Assembly: GCA_000320545.1 (NCBI GenBank)
Contig: ADNK01001509.1
Coordinates: 74,004-138,003, forward strand
From: Bigelowiella natans CCMP2755
Taxonomy: Eukaryota; Protista; Cercozoa
Length of the DNA stretch: 64,000 bases
Direction of reading: 5' to 3'
Of this stretch, positions 1-10,929 are shown one piece after another. Position numbers and translations under genes: made by a program. The notes beneath the pieces are model-generated. The model ran no database searches. It was not told the origin of the DNA and saw only the letters and a list, made by a program, of their open reading frames with translations. Each line of letters begins with the position of its first letter. The stretch's first letter is position 1.

Positions 1-2842
1 ATGGTGGGCAGCAGCGCAGTTGCATGAGATCCAAACGTTGGAGAAGGCTCAAAGAATAGTCAGAATCCGGAGGACAACGGCGCAGGTTCTTTCCCGAAAG
101 AACTCAACTGCTTATGAGCTCACCAAAGCGCTAGAGGAGATCTCTTCGGTAGGATCGTTTGTCGAGGGGAAAATGGGGGAGCGTCAATCGTTAATCCTGC
201 TGTTTAAGCGGGCAGAAGGGCTGGCACGGAGAAGGAAAATGGGACCGAGTCAGCTGAAAACTGTCTTAGTTGCAGCGGCGCGTCTTAACGTGAACCCGCC
301 ACCACACTGCGTGAGAGCATTCAGCACGATCAACCGCGCTCTCTTCGACAATCGGAGCTTCTCCCACCGAGCACTCGTTGATATGGCCAAGGCTTTTGCA
401 ACAGCACAGAAGCCACAAGGCAGAAAAACCTATCCCTCCTCCTCCTCCTCCTCCTCCTCATCATCATCATCATCATCATCATCTTCATCACTATCCATCT
501 TCAAAACTGGCTATTCGCTTTACAGACGTATTGTCATCCTGTCGATGGAGCGGATCAATGATTTTTCGGCACTCGATGTCACCGAGCTGTTATCCTCGCT
601 AGCAAGCATCAAGAACTTCCGTCTTAGCGTTGAGGAGGCGAGCGTGTTTTGCCGCCGTGCAGAAACAATAATAAGCGATTTTAGCGCACGCGAAGTCTCA
701 CTGTTCCTGCGAGCTTTTGGCATACTCACATCGCCGTACCGCCATCAACTGGCTGAAAATCGTAACAAGATCAAGTATAGTAGCAAAGGGAACAAGACCA
801 GCTTCGATGTGCCAGAAACCGCTGCTTTCGGCGGTAATTCCTCGGCGTTGAATGAGAACATGACGACAAACTCAGAGGGGTATAAGAAGGAAGAGGGGGA
901 AGAAACTGCAATCTTAGACAAGCAAGCGATTGCTAATATGCACCGCGACATCGATCGGGCGTTGCATATGCTAGAGAAAAGGCTCGTTCAAATATACGAA
1001 GATGAGGGGGGGGGGGGGATTAGCGGTGCCAACCTCGCAAACATCATCCACGCACTCGGAAAGCTTCAAAGACTGCCTCCTAAATCTCACATCGACGCGC
1101 TTCTGAAGATGTTGGAACCGCGCTGTAATGAGCTGAGCGCGGCGCACGTATCGAACATAGCTTGGGGCCTTGCCAACGTGTTCAAAGCTCACAATCATGC
1201 AAAGGAGGCGATGCGAAGAAAAAGGTGGCGGGAAAAAAGAAAGAGGGGGAAGGACATGTCGGATGGGAGCGGCACAGATAAGGACACTCCCCACGATGAA
1301 GATTTTTTGGGTGGTGATACTACTGAAGGTGGGAATGCTGTTAAAGGCATGCCCTCAAGCCTACTGCTCCCTAGCGACACAACGCGATCAGGAGATAGTG
1401 GAGACATCTGGTCTCAAAACAGCTTTCGTAGGGCCTTAATAGCTCTGCGGCAACGAGCAGTCAGGCTTCGTTTCCAGTTTACACCACAAGGGATTTGTAA
1501 TCTGCTATGGGCGCTTACGATGCTGCACCAGCGTCCAGGCCCTGCATGCACGAGGATGCTTGAGCACCGGATAACCTCTGACATTCGTAACTATGGGCCA
1601 CGGGACATTTCAAGCGTGGTTTGGGCATATGCTCGCATGCAGCTACCGTTGACTGTCCCTCTCTCTGACGCGCTTACGAAGGCAACGCTCGCCTCGGAAT
1701 TACGCATGAATGGCTACGATGTTGCGCTACACATCTGGGCGGCTGCGACGCGCATATCCCAGAAGGAGCAGGAACTTTTGGAAGAGGGGGCGGAGAGTCA
1801 AGACGAGCCACAGCGGGGGGTGCAAGGTTCCAAGGACCGCTATGTAAACGATGTGAACGGAAGCGGCAGCATCAGCAGCAGCGAGAATTACATCTCATCG
1901 AACACAACGACGGCGGCAACCACCACCGCCACCACAAGCACCATAGATCCAGCTGTCGCTGCCGCCGCTGCGGATCCGAGTTTCACAATAATGACGGGGA
2001 AATACATCGAAGCTTTGTTACGTTCCCTTGAAAGGGTAGCTGTAGGGCCCATAGATCTAACGCACATCCTGTGGGGGCTTGTTGTGCTCAATCGTACCGG
2101 TCATCCAAGCGTCATGGCATCTATTATCGGATCGATACCTTTGCTAGAAGACCTTGTGATGAAGGCTGTGGGTAGAATGAACCCGCAGGCTCTCTCTACA
2201 ACTCTTTGGAGCCTTTCTATCCTCTCACCTGCCTCTCCAGACTCCTGCAATCCGAAGCTGCTCACCAAGTTGCTGCGCGCAGCGAGCTCGAAGTCTCACT
2301 ATTTTAACCGCCAGGATCTTGTGCTTGCACTGTGGGGGGCGGCCAAGATGATGAGCGGACTCTCCGAGAATTTTTGTCTCGACACCAACGAAGGTGTCGC
2401 AATCACGGACAGAAGAGGAGTAGATAATAGAGTAGAAAATCAGGATATTAGTGTAGATGGAGGTAACGAAACAGAGTCAGTTGATTCTGCTAATCTACTT
2501 ATATCCACTAAACTTTATGACCGATTTCTCAACAAAATGACTGCGCGGGCGATGAAGCTGAACGTCCTGGGAGATGAGCTGGATTTAAATGTGGAAAGCG
2601 ACCCACAATACACAACAATCGCCGGTGATAGAGAGATAGCAGGAACAGGAAATATGGAAGGAAAGGCGACAATAACACCGAATGGTGAGGAAGGAAGAAA
2701 TGGTGGGCACGAAAACAGTTTGCAAGATAGCAGCGATAGTATCAACAGTATGAACACTACATCTGGGCAAACCATAATATGGGCTCTCTCAACACTTCGA
2801 GGGGTCAGGGGAAAGATTAAAAATGAACTAGGGGCAAAATGA
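1..2842 (+). CDS. OPR/HPR/FAST-like helical-repeat protein (putative organellar RNA-binding), 5'-truncated
   Basis: Frame is open from the window edge. About 9 degenerate repeats of the form F.PQ.L.N..WA.A.L (FTPQGICNLLWALTML, YGPRDISSVVWAYARM, MNPQALSTTLWSLSIL, FNRQDLVLALWGAAKM) separated by low-complexity inserts. No intron is needed and no C-terminal RAP domain is recognisable. Confidence 0.75.
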   Translation, partial: WWAAAQLHEIQTLEKAQRIVRIRRTTAQVLSRKNSTAYELTKALEEISSVGSFVEGKMGERQSLILLFKRAEGLARRRKMGPSQLKTVLVAAARLNVNPPPHCVRAFSTINRALFDNRSFSHRALVDMAKAFATAQKPQGRKTYPSSSSSSSSSSSSSSSSSSLSIFKTGYSLYRRIVILSMERINDFSALDVTELLSSLASIKNFRLSVEEASVFCRRAETIISDFSAREVSLFLRAFGILTSPYRHQLAENRNKIKYSSKGNKTSFDVPETAAFGGNSSALNENMTTNSEGYKKEEGEETAILDKQAIANMHRDIDRALHMLEKRLVQIYEDEGGGGISGANLANIIHALGKLQRLPPKSHIDALLKMLEPRCNELSAAHVSNIAWGLANVFKAHNHAKEAMRRKRWREKRKRGKDMSDGSGTDKDTPHDEDFLGGDTTEGGNAVKGMPSSLLLPSDTTRSGDSGDIWSQNSFRRALIALRQRAVRLRFQFTPQGICNLLWALTMLHQRPGPACTRMLEHRITSDIRNYGPRDISSVVWAYARMQLPLTVPLSDALTKATLASELRMNGYDVALHIWAAATRISQKEQELLEEGAESQDEPQRGVQGSKDRYVNDVNGSGSISSSENYISSNTTTAATTTATTSTIDPAVAAAAADPSFTIMTGKYIEALLRSLERVAVGPIDLTHILWGLVVLNRTGHPSVMASIIGSIPLLEDLVMKAVGRMNPQALSTTLWSLSILSPASPDSCNPKLLTKLLRAASSKSHYFNRQDLVLALWGAAKMMSGLSENFCLDTNEGVAITDRRGVDNRVENQDISVDGGNETESVDSANLLISTKLYDRFLNKMTARAMKLNVLGDELDLNVESDPQYTTIAGDREIAGTGNMEGKATITPNGEEGRNGGHENSLQDSSDSINSMNTTSGQTIIWALSTLRGVRGKIKNELGAK

Positions 2843-2859
2843 ACATTCACCACGCGCAC

Positions 2860-3036
2860 GTAGGAGATGTCATTCGAGTTAGAGATTAGAGATCCAACGC
2901 ACATGCGCACAAATTCAATCAGTTTCTCGTGACAGACCTTTTATTTCGCTTTGCGGAGAGTGCATGTGCTTGTACACCATGCTAGCATGCACCGACATTG
3001 GTGCATGGCCATGACAATTTTGTCGGCATTGCTGTT

Positions 3037-3071
<35 letters not shown>

Positions 3072-3640
3072 CACACACCTTGGCATATGCCTGCTAGCGC
3101 TCTGGTGTGCAAGCGCATGCATGTCTTCATTTCTGGGCTTGCATTGCATTCCAAATGCTTTGCTGCATGCGAATGGAAGCATTGAGGTGGAGCAGAACAG
3201 TTTGGACATGCCAGCATGCTGGCATGCACCGGATGTCTGACAAGAGCTAGGGAGCACTGGAGCATGGAGCTGCAGCATTGCACAACAATTCATTGCACAC
3301 AACGCCATCACATGTCGCTGATTGATTCACAATTCACATTGCTAGATCGGAACAATCACATTGGAATGGGGCCACCTCTGGACCTGACAGGCCCAAAGCA
3401 TGGCAGTGCGAAGCAACACTGTGCCACGCGAAGCAACATGAAGCAACTCCATGCAGCAAAAGGATTTTGGGAAAGTCACACGGCAATCCGCAAATGCTCT
3501 CCTTGTCAGATTTGTGTTGCAAGTTGTGGACCCCTCACTGTCGTCCCGAAGGTGCGCTGTGAAAGCTGCCGTGAGTTGGAGTTTTCGGCAATCCCGCCAC
3601 AGGATTAGGACACTTTTCATGCAATTTAGCTATGCAAAAG
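2860..3640. other. Block A: TpA-depleted, TG/CA-rich palindromic intergenic block with (CA)n
   Basis: Hand count for 2961-3600: 7 TpA versus about 20 CpG. Perfect palindromes CATGCCAGCATGCTGGCATG (3207-3226) and CATGCTAGCATG (2978-2989). Confidence 0.75.
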
Positions 3641-3889
3641 CTAAGTTATAGTCTGTCGCAAGACGAAAATCGAGCGAGATTTATTGTTTTTCAAAGCATC
3701 AGCATTAGCTGCAATTTCCTTCCGCACTCCTCTCGAAAGGAGAGCGTTCTGTTCTTGCTCTTGATTGTGGATCATGCTGTTCGTTTTAATCTTCAACTAC
3801 ATCGCGTTTATCATGATCACTTCCAAATACTCGCAATGAACAAAGGGCTGGGATCAGAAAGTTGTTGATAAGGTTTACTGAGTTGCGCC

Positions 3890-5042
3890 ATGTTTGCTGA
3901 TTTGCCGCCCTCCCACTACCGTTTGGCACAATCTTCAAAGACGCTGCTGGTCGTAGTCAGCATTTGGTTGGTTCTATTTGCAGCAAGTGGAATTGAAGAG
4001 GATACTATCCACGCAGATGAGGGAAAGTTTATGGAAAAGCCTCGATCGATGGAAAGAGGAGGAGCTGTGATAGAAGTTGACGAGACGGAGAAAATGGAAG
4101 TGGAGTTTCGAATACTTGCATCGGATACGGTAGATAATTTTCTATACTAATTTGCCAAACAAATCGTAATTGCTTTACATAAACATAATACTTTTACTGT
4201 AGATTCGAAGGTTCCTCTCCGCAGTGTTTCCGTCCCAGCATGGATCGCATAACTGCGCCAACGCTGAATGGAATCGATACCTTACCAAAAACGGAACGGT
4301 TGATATTACAATGTTAAACAGTGAGCTTGTGCTGGATCGCACATGGCTGACACATGTGTGCAACTCGACCGCCCTTGACTGGCTTGAAATGCCTAGACGG
4401 ACCCAGAGCATAGGACGACATGTAAGCTTTGCTTATGCCGCCTCTGTAGCAAGCTTCGACGAGCAGAGAAGAGAAACCCATGTGTTGGTAATGCCGTTCA
4501 CAATAATAGCAAAGATGAACATTCGTGGGAATGAGATTCAATCTGCCCAGCTTACGTACCCACCAAAATATGAAGGATTCGCTAGTCCTCAGTACATTCC
4601 AAAAGAAGATATCTCCATTCAACCTGACAAGGCCAAGCGACTTGTATCCAAAGTTATGCGCACTCTCTATCAAAGAAATGTCCCTCTGTTTGGCCACTTA
4701 CTCACCAAAAACTCTACATTTGAAGAGGTGGGCGAGACCAGCCACAAGATCAAGACTCTAAACGACAATGACCACGAAAAGGACAGGGTAGCAGAGTCTT
4801 TCCTTCCATTGTCAACGACATCTAATGGAAATGGCGTGACTGTTTCTGGATACTTTGGAGATTCTATCATCGACCCCATCACTGGAAATGTATGTGCAGT
4901 GATATGGCCCTACACCTTCTTCTTCATGATGAATGAGGATATCAGTAAAGTAGAAGATATACATGCCAAGCTCGATGTCGTAGCTTGGAGCTGGCATTTC
5001 CGTAAGACTTGTCACTATGATTATTTGAAACATTTGAAATGA
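3890..5042 (+). CDS. Secreted or membrane-anchored protein with two putative SnoaL/NTF2-like domains
   Basis: Exons 3890-4129 and 4203-5042 join in frame across a GT-AG intron (SDT|IRRFL). N-terminal hydrophobic segment LLVVVSIWLVLFAASG. Internal duplication (YLTKNGTV / LLTKNSTF; VMPFTIIAKMN / IWPYTFFFMMN). The fold call is inference. Confidence 0.6.
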
Positions 5043-5099
5043 ATTTAAGATGTTGAATGTTGCCCAAGAATATATGATTATTAATATATGATAATTGAG

Positions 5100-5720
5100 T
5101 GTGTTACGCATAGCATGCAATGAGCGCACATGCACATCTCTTCACGCAACGCATGTGCACACAGCACATGAGCGCGGGCACGTCGATCCTGACTCTCCAG
5201 GTGCGTGTGTGGCATAAATCTGAGTGTCTGCTACATGCAACATCTCATCTAGATCGATCCTAGACATATCAAAAACATCAGCACTATTGCTTTGCCGGGC
5301 AGGAAGAGCTTGCATTGCGACTTTGTGACCCGCGGCGGTGGGGCGATGCGCTTGCGCATCGCATGCACTTTAAGGCTAAATAGATGGCCATACGAAGCAT
5401 GTGCATCGCAACAGCAAAAAGGGATCGAGCACCACTGCTTGCAGTAGAAAACGTAGAATTGAGGGTCATCTAGTCTAGTAGTTATGAGAGATTACATATA
5501 GAAGCTCACGTTGGATAGGGACAGTATTGGCTTGTCGTCTTAATGAGCGATGCATTGGACACAGAATGTGCTAGGCTGTGTTGCACCCATGCGCACAGCG
5601 CATATAATGAGTTGATATAAGTTAAAAGCTTGGGATGTAAAACACCTGTAGAGACATGTTATTATATAACAATAAGTTGGGTCTCTATACGTCACTAGTG
5701 CATCGCAATGCCTTGTGGCT
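5100..5720. other. Block B: palindrome-rich zone at a convergent junction
   Basis: Lies between stops at 5042(+) and 5831(-); rich in TGCA, CATG, CTAG and GCGC. Confidence 0.6.
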
Positions 5721-5830
5721 GCAGTTGGTCTGCCGCAGGCGGCTGAATCGGCAATAGCCTACGATACATCTCGATTATTTCTTGTGGACTGTTTCGTTTT
5801 TGGTACATTTTTCCTTCTTCTTTGAACGAA

Positions 5831-8308
5831 TCAGTAATCTTCTTCCGAAGCATCATCATCGTCATTATAATATGCACTGCAACTCCTCACAGCAGATTTC
5901 TTTGCGTCTACGTAGCTTCCGTTCAAAATCGCCTCTGCTAATGCACTTCCAACTGGAGCAGGGGCGATGCGAAAGCTATATCCATATGGACCAAAACTAG
6001 ATGAAGAACGAGTATGATGATTATAAATTGCAGCAATTAGTACAAAGACAAAGATGAAATTATCTACTGTCATTGTACTACCGTTCAAAGTTTTGGTGAG
6101 AAATGTAAGCTATCGCCCGATTACATTGCATAATCTCGCGCCTATACGAAGAACAACCATCAACGAGTAGCCACCATTTTGAATAAATCAGATCTTTACA
6201 TTCTCTGGGCTAGAAGGCACAACAAAGTCTCATTTTCTTCGTAGTCCTCCCTTACTGCCAATGAAATCCGGTACTCATTCTTCCTATTTGAGAGTGTTAC
6301 AGTGGATACAGCACGGAGCAAGTCTTCCCTGCCAAAACTTTCTCTCATCTGTTGATTAAATAAAATGGGGAATGAAGAAAACTCAGAAGTTTCTCGCATG
6401 ATTTGTGGAACAGATTTAAATGCCGGCGTCGGGGCACTCAATTCCTTTCAAAATTTTTATGATTTATGCAGGAAGGTGATGAAGAAGACGCTACCAGGCT
6501 TCGTGCAATTCGCCCAAACCATCTAAAAATGGTGTCTTTTGGTGATTCATCAACGTGCTGTAAACAGATAGGGCAATGATGAGACTCAAAAGTAGATAAA
6601 AACACAAAGATGTACAAGAGAGAGGATAAACCTTCCTGACTGTCAGCATCAAAGCACCACCTTGCGGCCTCCCTCCCCGTTCCGACAACAAACTGCCTAA
6701 AGTCTGTTCAACATTGCCCGATTAGGTGTGCGAAAGGTCTGCAATGCCAAGTTGTTTGACATATCTGCATTGTTATTGATAATTACTACCTTCTCTTTCA
6801 CGGTGTTGTGCACCAGAACAAGGTCTTCCCCTTGCAAGAGGCATGCGGATGCCTCCTGCCACTCCATAGCATCAAACTCATTATAATTGACTCGGTGATT
6901 TTCTCGGAAAAGTCCCCTTAGGCGGTGCGTCTGTCGCTTGTAAATTCCGTCTGCGCGCTGAGAGTATTCGGATTTCACGTGGTCGATGCATGCGTAGAAG
7001 GGCGAGCTTCCATCATACAAAATCTGAAGCTCGTTCGATGATTCTTTTCCCTCTTGATCTTTCTCTTGCTTGGTCTTCTGTTTCTCGCTAGGCACGGCTT
7101 CAGTGTACTGCGATGGCATTGTGTTGTTTCCATCAATTTCCAGATCATCTATTTTGTTGTTGATCTCCTCCTCGAGACTTACCTTCTCTTTGAAAGATCC
7201 AATGGTTTCATTTATCGCCAGCTTTTCATCTTTGCGTTCCTCTATTGTTAGAGCCTTGAGTCTCGCCAGATTTTCTTCCTCCGCCTCTCTGTCATCCTCT
7301 TCATCTGCTGTGAAGTTATAGCCGGGGAACATCCACTTATGCTCGTCGCGCTTCGGGTCGTAGAGGTCCTTCAGGTTAAGATCCCCTTTAACTTCAGGGT
7401 CTATTTGATCTAATAAGTTGCAACGCTCTGCTGTTTCCACAAGCCAGCGGTCCATTAAGACATCCCTCCGTTTCTTTGGCCAAGCAGCGGTCTCCTTTCT
7501 CGAGGGTACGTATGCTAGCGTGGACACCGCTTCATGCGGATACCCCTCCTGCTCCAGAAACCCCATGAACCCTCCTACTTCCTCAAGGTACTTGTTGACA
7601 CGTTGCATAGGTGTATCGTCCCCTGTGGACTCGAGCGGTGATTCGTAGTCAGATGGTACCCCTTCATTCGCTAGTCGCTCATACTCCTCACTCGTATCCG
7701 TTTCTGCGAAATTCGGAACGAACCCATCATCCTCCTCTTTTCTATGGGAAGCATCGGTGTCTACTTCATCCCAGCAACGATACTGCTGCCAATTATCCTC
7801 TTCAGTTTGCGTTGTGTCGGGTACCTCTTCTCCTCCCCCGTGGCCCTCTGACTTTGCACTGGGCAGAGATGCCTTCAGTATCAAAGGAGCGACGGTTGCG
7901 ACGCTGAACGATAAAATCATGGCACCTGCTCGCTGATAATCAAAACGGTTCTTATTTTTAGAAACCCTAGGGTATCTGCTCTGGATGCATGGAGCACTAG
8001 AGCATAGATCTTTTTCACCACCAGTGAGAAAACCGGCGTGCAGGCCATGGTGGTCATCCGGTTCCGAGGACGGCATACTTATTTGCAACTGTATCAGTCA
8101 TAGAAAAATTGAAAATGCATTAAAAACTTTGTTTACGAGCTCAACGATAGGCAAAAATCATTACAGTGTGTCTTCGGATGCCCCGCTCTCGCTTAATGCC
8201 TTCTGTAGCAATGAGCAGGACGAGTGAGATCAAAGAGGCTATGCACCATGGATCAGCCCAGTTCCTGCCTCTACAGGTTCTCCGGTTATTGTGTCCCCGA
8301 ACTCTCAT
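5831..8308 (-). CDS. Multi-exon hypothetical acidic protein with a signal-peptide-like N-terminus
   Basis: Exon 1 8308-8165 (MRVRGHNNRR...IASLISLVLLIATEG) splices in phase to the large exon 8088-6790. Small GT-AG exons continue to ...DDDDASEEDY* at 5831. No family recognised. Confidence 0.6.
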
Positions 8309-8581
8309 GAGGATCATCAATAAGATCCACCCCTTGGTTTTATCACAGGCCCAATGTTTCAGTGAACCACACCCCCTTCCGGTGTGATGGTGGGTCCCAC
8401 CGCAGTTGGGGTGTGCGTTGTTTTAAATTCAAACGGCCTGCTTTCTTGCTCCAAGCTATCACTATTTTCCCCTGCGACAACCAATATCCTTGTCGCTCCT
8501 TGTGAAACTCAGTGGATCTACAGATAAAAAGCGACATTCGCGGAACGGGTCGGAACACGGAACGGGAGCAAGACTCTCTTG

Positions 8582-9917
8582 ATGCCACCTCGAACAAGGA
8601 AAGGAAGGAAGAAAAAGACGGAGGAGAAGGAGGAGGGGGAAGAAAATCCTAGTGCTACCTCACCCAGTGAGTCCAGCGCGTTTGGTGGCTTCGATCTATC
8701 GAACTTTTTCGGGAATTCGAACTACTATAAGTGTGGCAGGCTCACTGAAACCTTGGTGAGCGAGATCTTTCATAAACCCCATTCGTCGTCTTTAAACTAA
8801 TGCATCATGTCTCTCAGATCACGGAGTTCGAGGAAAAGTTCGATTACAAGCTCCCAGCGTCATATGTTGAACTGCTTAGTGTTCAAAATGGCGGGACCCC
8901 AAAGAAAACACTCTTTGCTGCGGCTGGGACAAGCTGGGCCCCCGACCACGTTGCAATATCTAGTATCAAAGGCCTTGGAGGCAACGAATGGGGCTTGGAT
9001 GGAAGCCTTGGTCAAAGCAACTACTATGAATGGGGATATCCAAAGATTGGAGTCGCTATATGTGACTGGTTATGCACAAACAAGCGCGCACTCACCCATT
9101 AGCATCATGGTTCATAATTCAATGTAGTATCAATAGTATTTTATTCACCAAAACAATGCGACTCCGTCGAACGACGATCCTTTGCTTTTTGCATCCCTTT
9201 TCTAAGCTATGGTGCTGGGCTAACACACACAGCAAAACACAACACACGCACGCAAGTAAGCCCACTCAACTCTACACGGTGCAAATCTTTTTATGTCCGA
9301 ATTTCAGTCCATCCGGAGGCCATGATATGGTCGTTCTCGACTATAGAAAATGTGGCAGAAAGATGGAAAAGGGTTTTGAGCCATCTGTTGTCCACATCGA
9401 CCAAGAATTTAATTTCAAACGAACCTTCTTGGCGAAGGATTTCGCTACATTTATTAAGGGGTTGAAGTCTGAAAACGACGCAGATGATTTACGGGAACAA
9501 CGGAAGAAGAAAGCAGAAAAAAAGAAAGGAAAGAAGCGAGGCAGAAGTAATGAGAATGGTAAAGACAAGGCCGATTCATCATCTAATCGTAAGCGCGGGA
9601 AAAAAGGTAATACAATACGAGATACGGTAAATGGAAGCGGTAGAGATAGACAACATTTCGCAATACCTCAAAGTGTGCATGATTTTGTATATGCCATAGA
9701 TGATAGCCCAGAGTCGAATGTGGATATCATCGAAGAACTTGAAAGACAAGGAGCAGCGGAGATAAACAAATTTAAGCAAAAAGCTTACATAAATGCCGCA
9801 AAAGCGCTGAAGCGATGTAAGAAGGCCATTACATCCAGCAAGGATATAGCACACTATAAAGGCATTGGAAAATCGGCCAAAATTTTAATTGATGAAGTTA
9901 TAGCTGGTCGTGACTGA
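8582..9917 (+). CDS. SMI1/KNR4 (SUKH) domain fused to a basic linker and a PolX-type 8-kDa HhH domain
   Basis: Exons 8582-8755, 8818-9068 and 9308-9917 join in phase. SUKH motifs: [75 protein letters not shown]. C-terminus KAYINAAKALKRCKKAITSSKDIAHYKGIGKSAKILIDE is HHH_8-like. Confidence 0.85.
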
Positions 9918-9949
9918 AGATAATGTATTATCAGGAATACAGTGCGAAC

Positions 9950-10520
9950 TTCGTTGACGCATATGATGCGTTGCTGCAGGCATGCTAACATAGTCATAAC
10001 AGCGTAGCAATCTATTCCCTGCTACAATTAGTGAAGGCTGTATTGGTGAAGCATGGCGTTTGGCAACACTTCTTGTCAGCCATGTTATCATCTAGTCATC
10101 GCCTAACGCAATACATACGTGAGCCATATCTAGCATATGCTTAGCTAGCTGTGATGCGGGCAAGTGCAACCTGCATGCATGCTAGCATGGCGTTGATCAA
10201 ATATTGTACATATCGCTCAATGCTGTTCGCATGTCTAGCTATAGATGCTTGAATGTCCATCTGCTACACGGCAGACGTACGTTAACGGACTCTATCTTAT
10301 CATTTACAAGCCGTACCACTAAGACGAGCATGATATCTGGTACAGCTATACAGCGCATAGTTACTCTAGTACTCGCGTCGTGCAACTGTGTAGGAACATT
10401 CTAGCATTGCCTGTCGCACTGCACAGATGCTTCACGGTAGTAAAATACAGATCCCACACATATCTCAAAAAGGACACGCGAAACTATCAAACTCGATGCC
10501 TCTAATGGAAGTTGCTACAT
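9950..10520. other. Block C: palindrome-rich zone at a convergent junction
   Basis: Lies between stops 9917(+) and 10930(-). Contains CATGCTAGCATG (10178-10189) and many CTAG/AGCT/TGCA. Confidence 0.65.
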
Positions 10521-10929
10521 ACAAGCTAATGATGCAAACTCGCAGCCATTCCATAATACATGTATCAACTACGTCTCGCCCAAAATTCATTTTTTAATTT
10601 AGATAAAACTACGGTGTTGCATTCAGGAAGTATTTGTTCATAGGCAACAGCAATTATTACTATGCTACGTCAATGGGATAAATTAAACTATACATTAAAC
10701 AGTATAAAACCTAGTTAAGTGACTATGGGCGTGAAGAAACTACACAAATTATATTCTCAAATCCTTTATCATATATATACGAAGACCAGGTTCATCAAAG
10801 TATTTTATTTTCTCTTTTCAAGCACAATTGGCATCTCATTTTCTTATTTTTTTAACTCATTCTCCTTATCCTCTGTAAAATCTGTAATGAAGTCGGAAAA
10901 CAAAGCAACAACACTATGCTTTTGTAGCC

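Noticed and set aside
2915-3651. Several overlapping 60-130 aa ORFs on both strands
   Set aside because: A by-product of TpA loss removing TAA/TAG stops; Cys/His/Met-rich with no domain.
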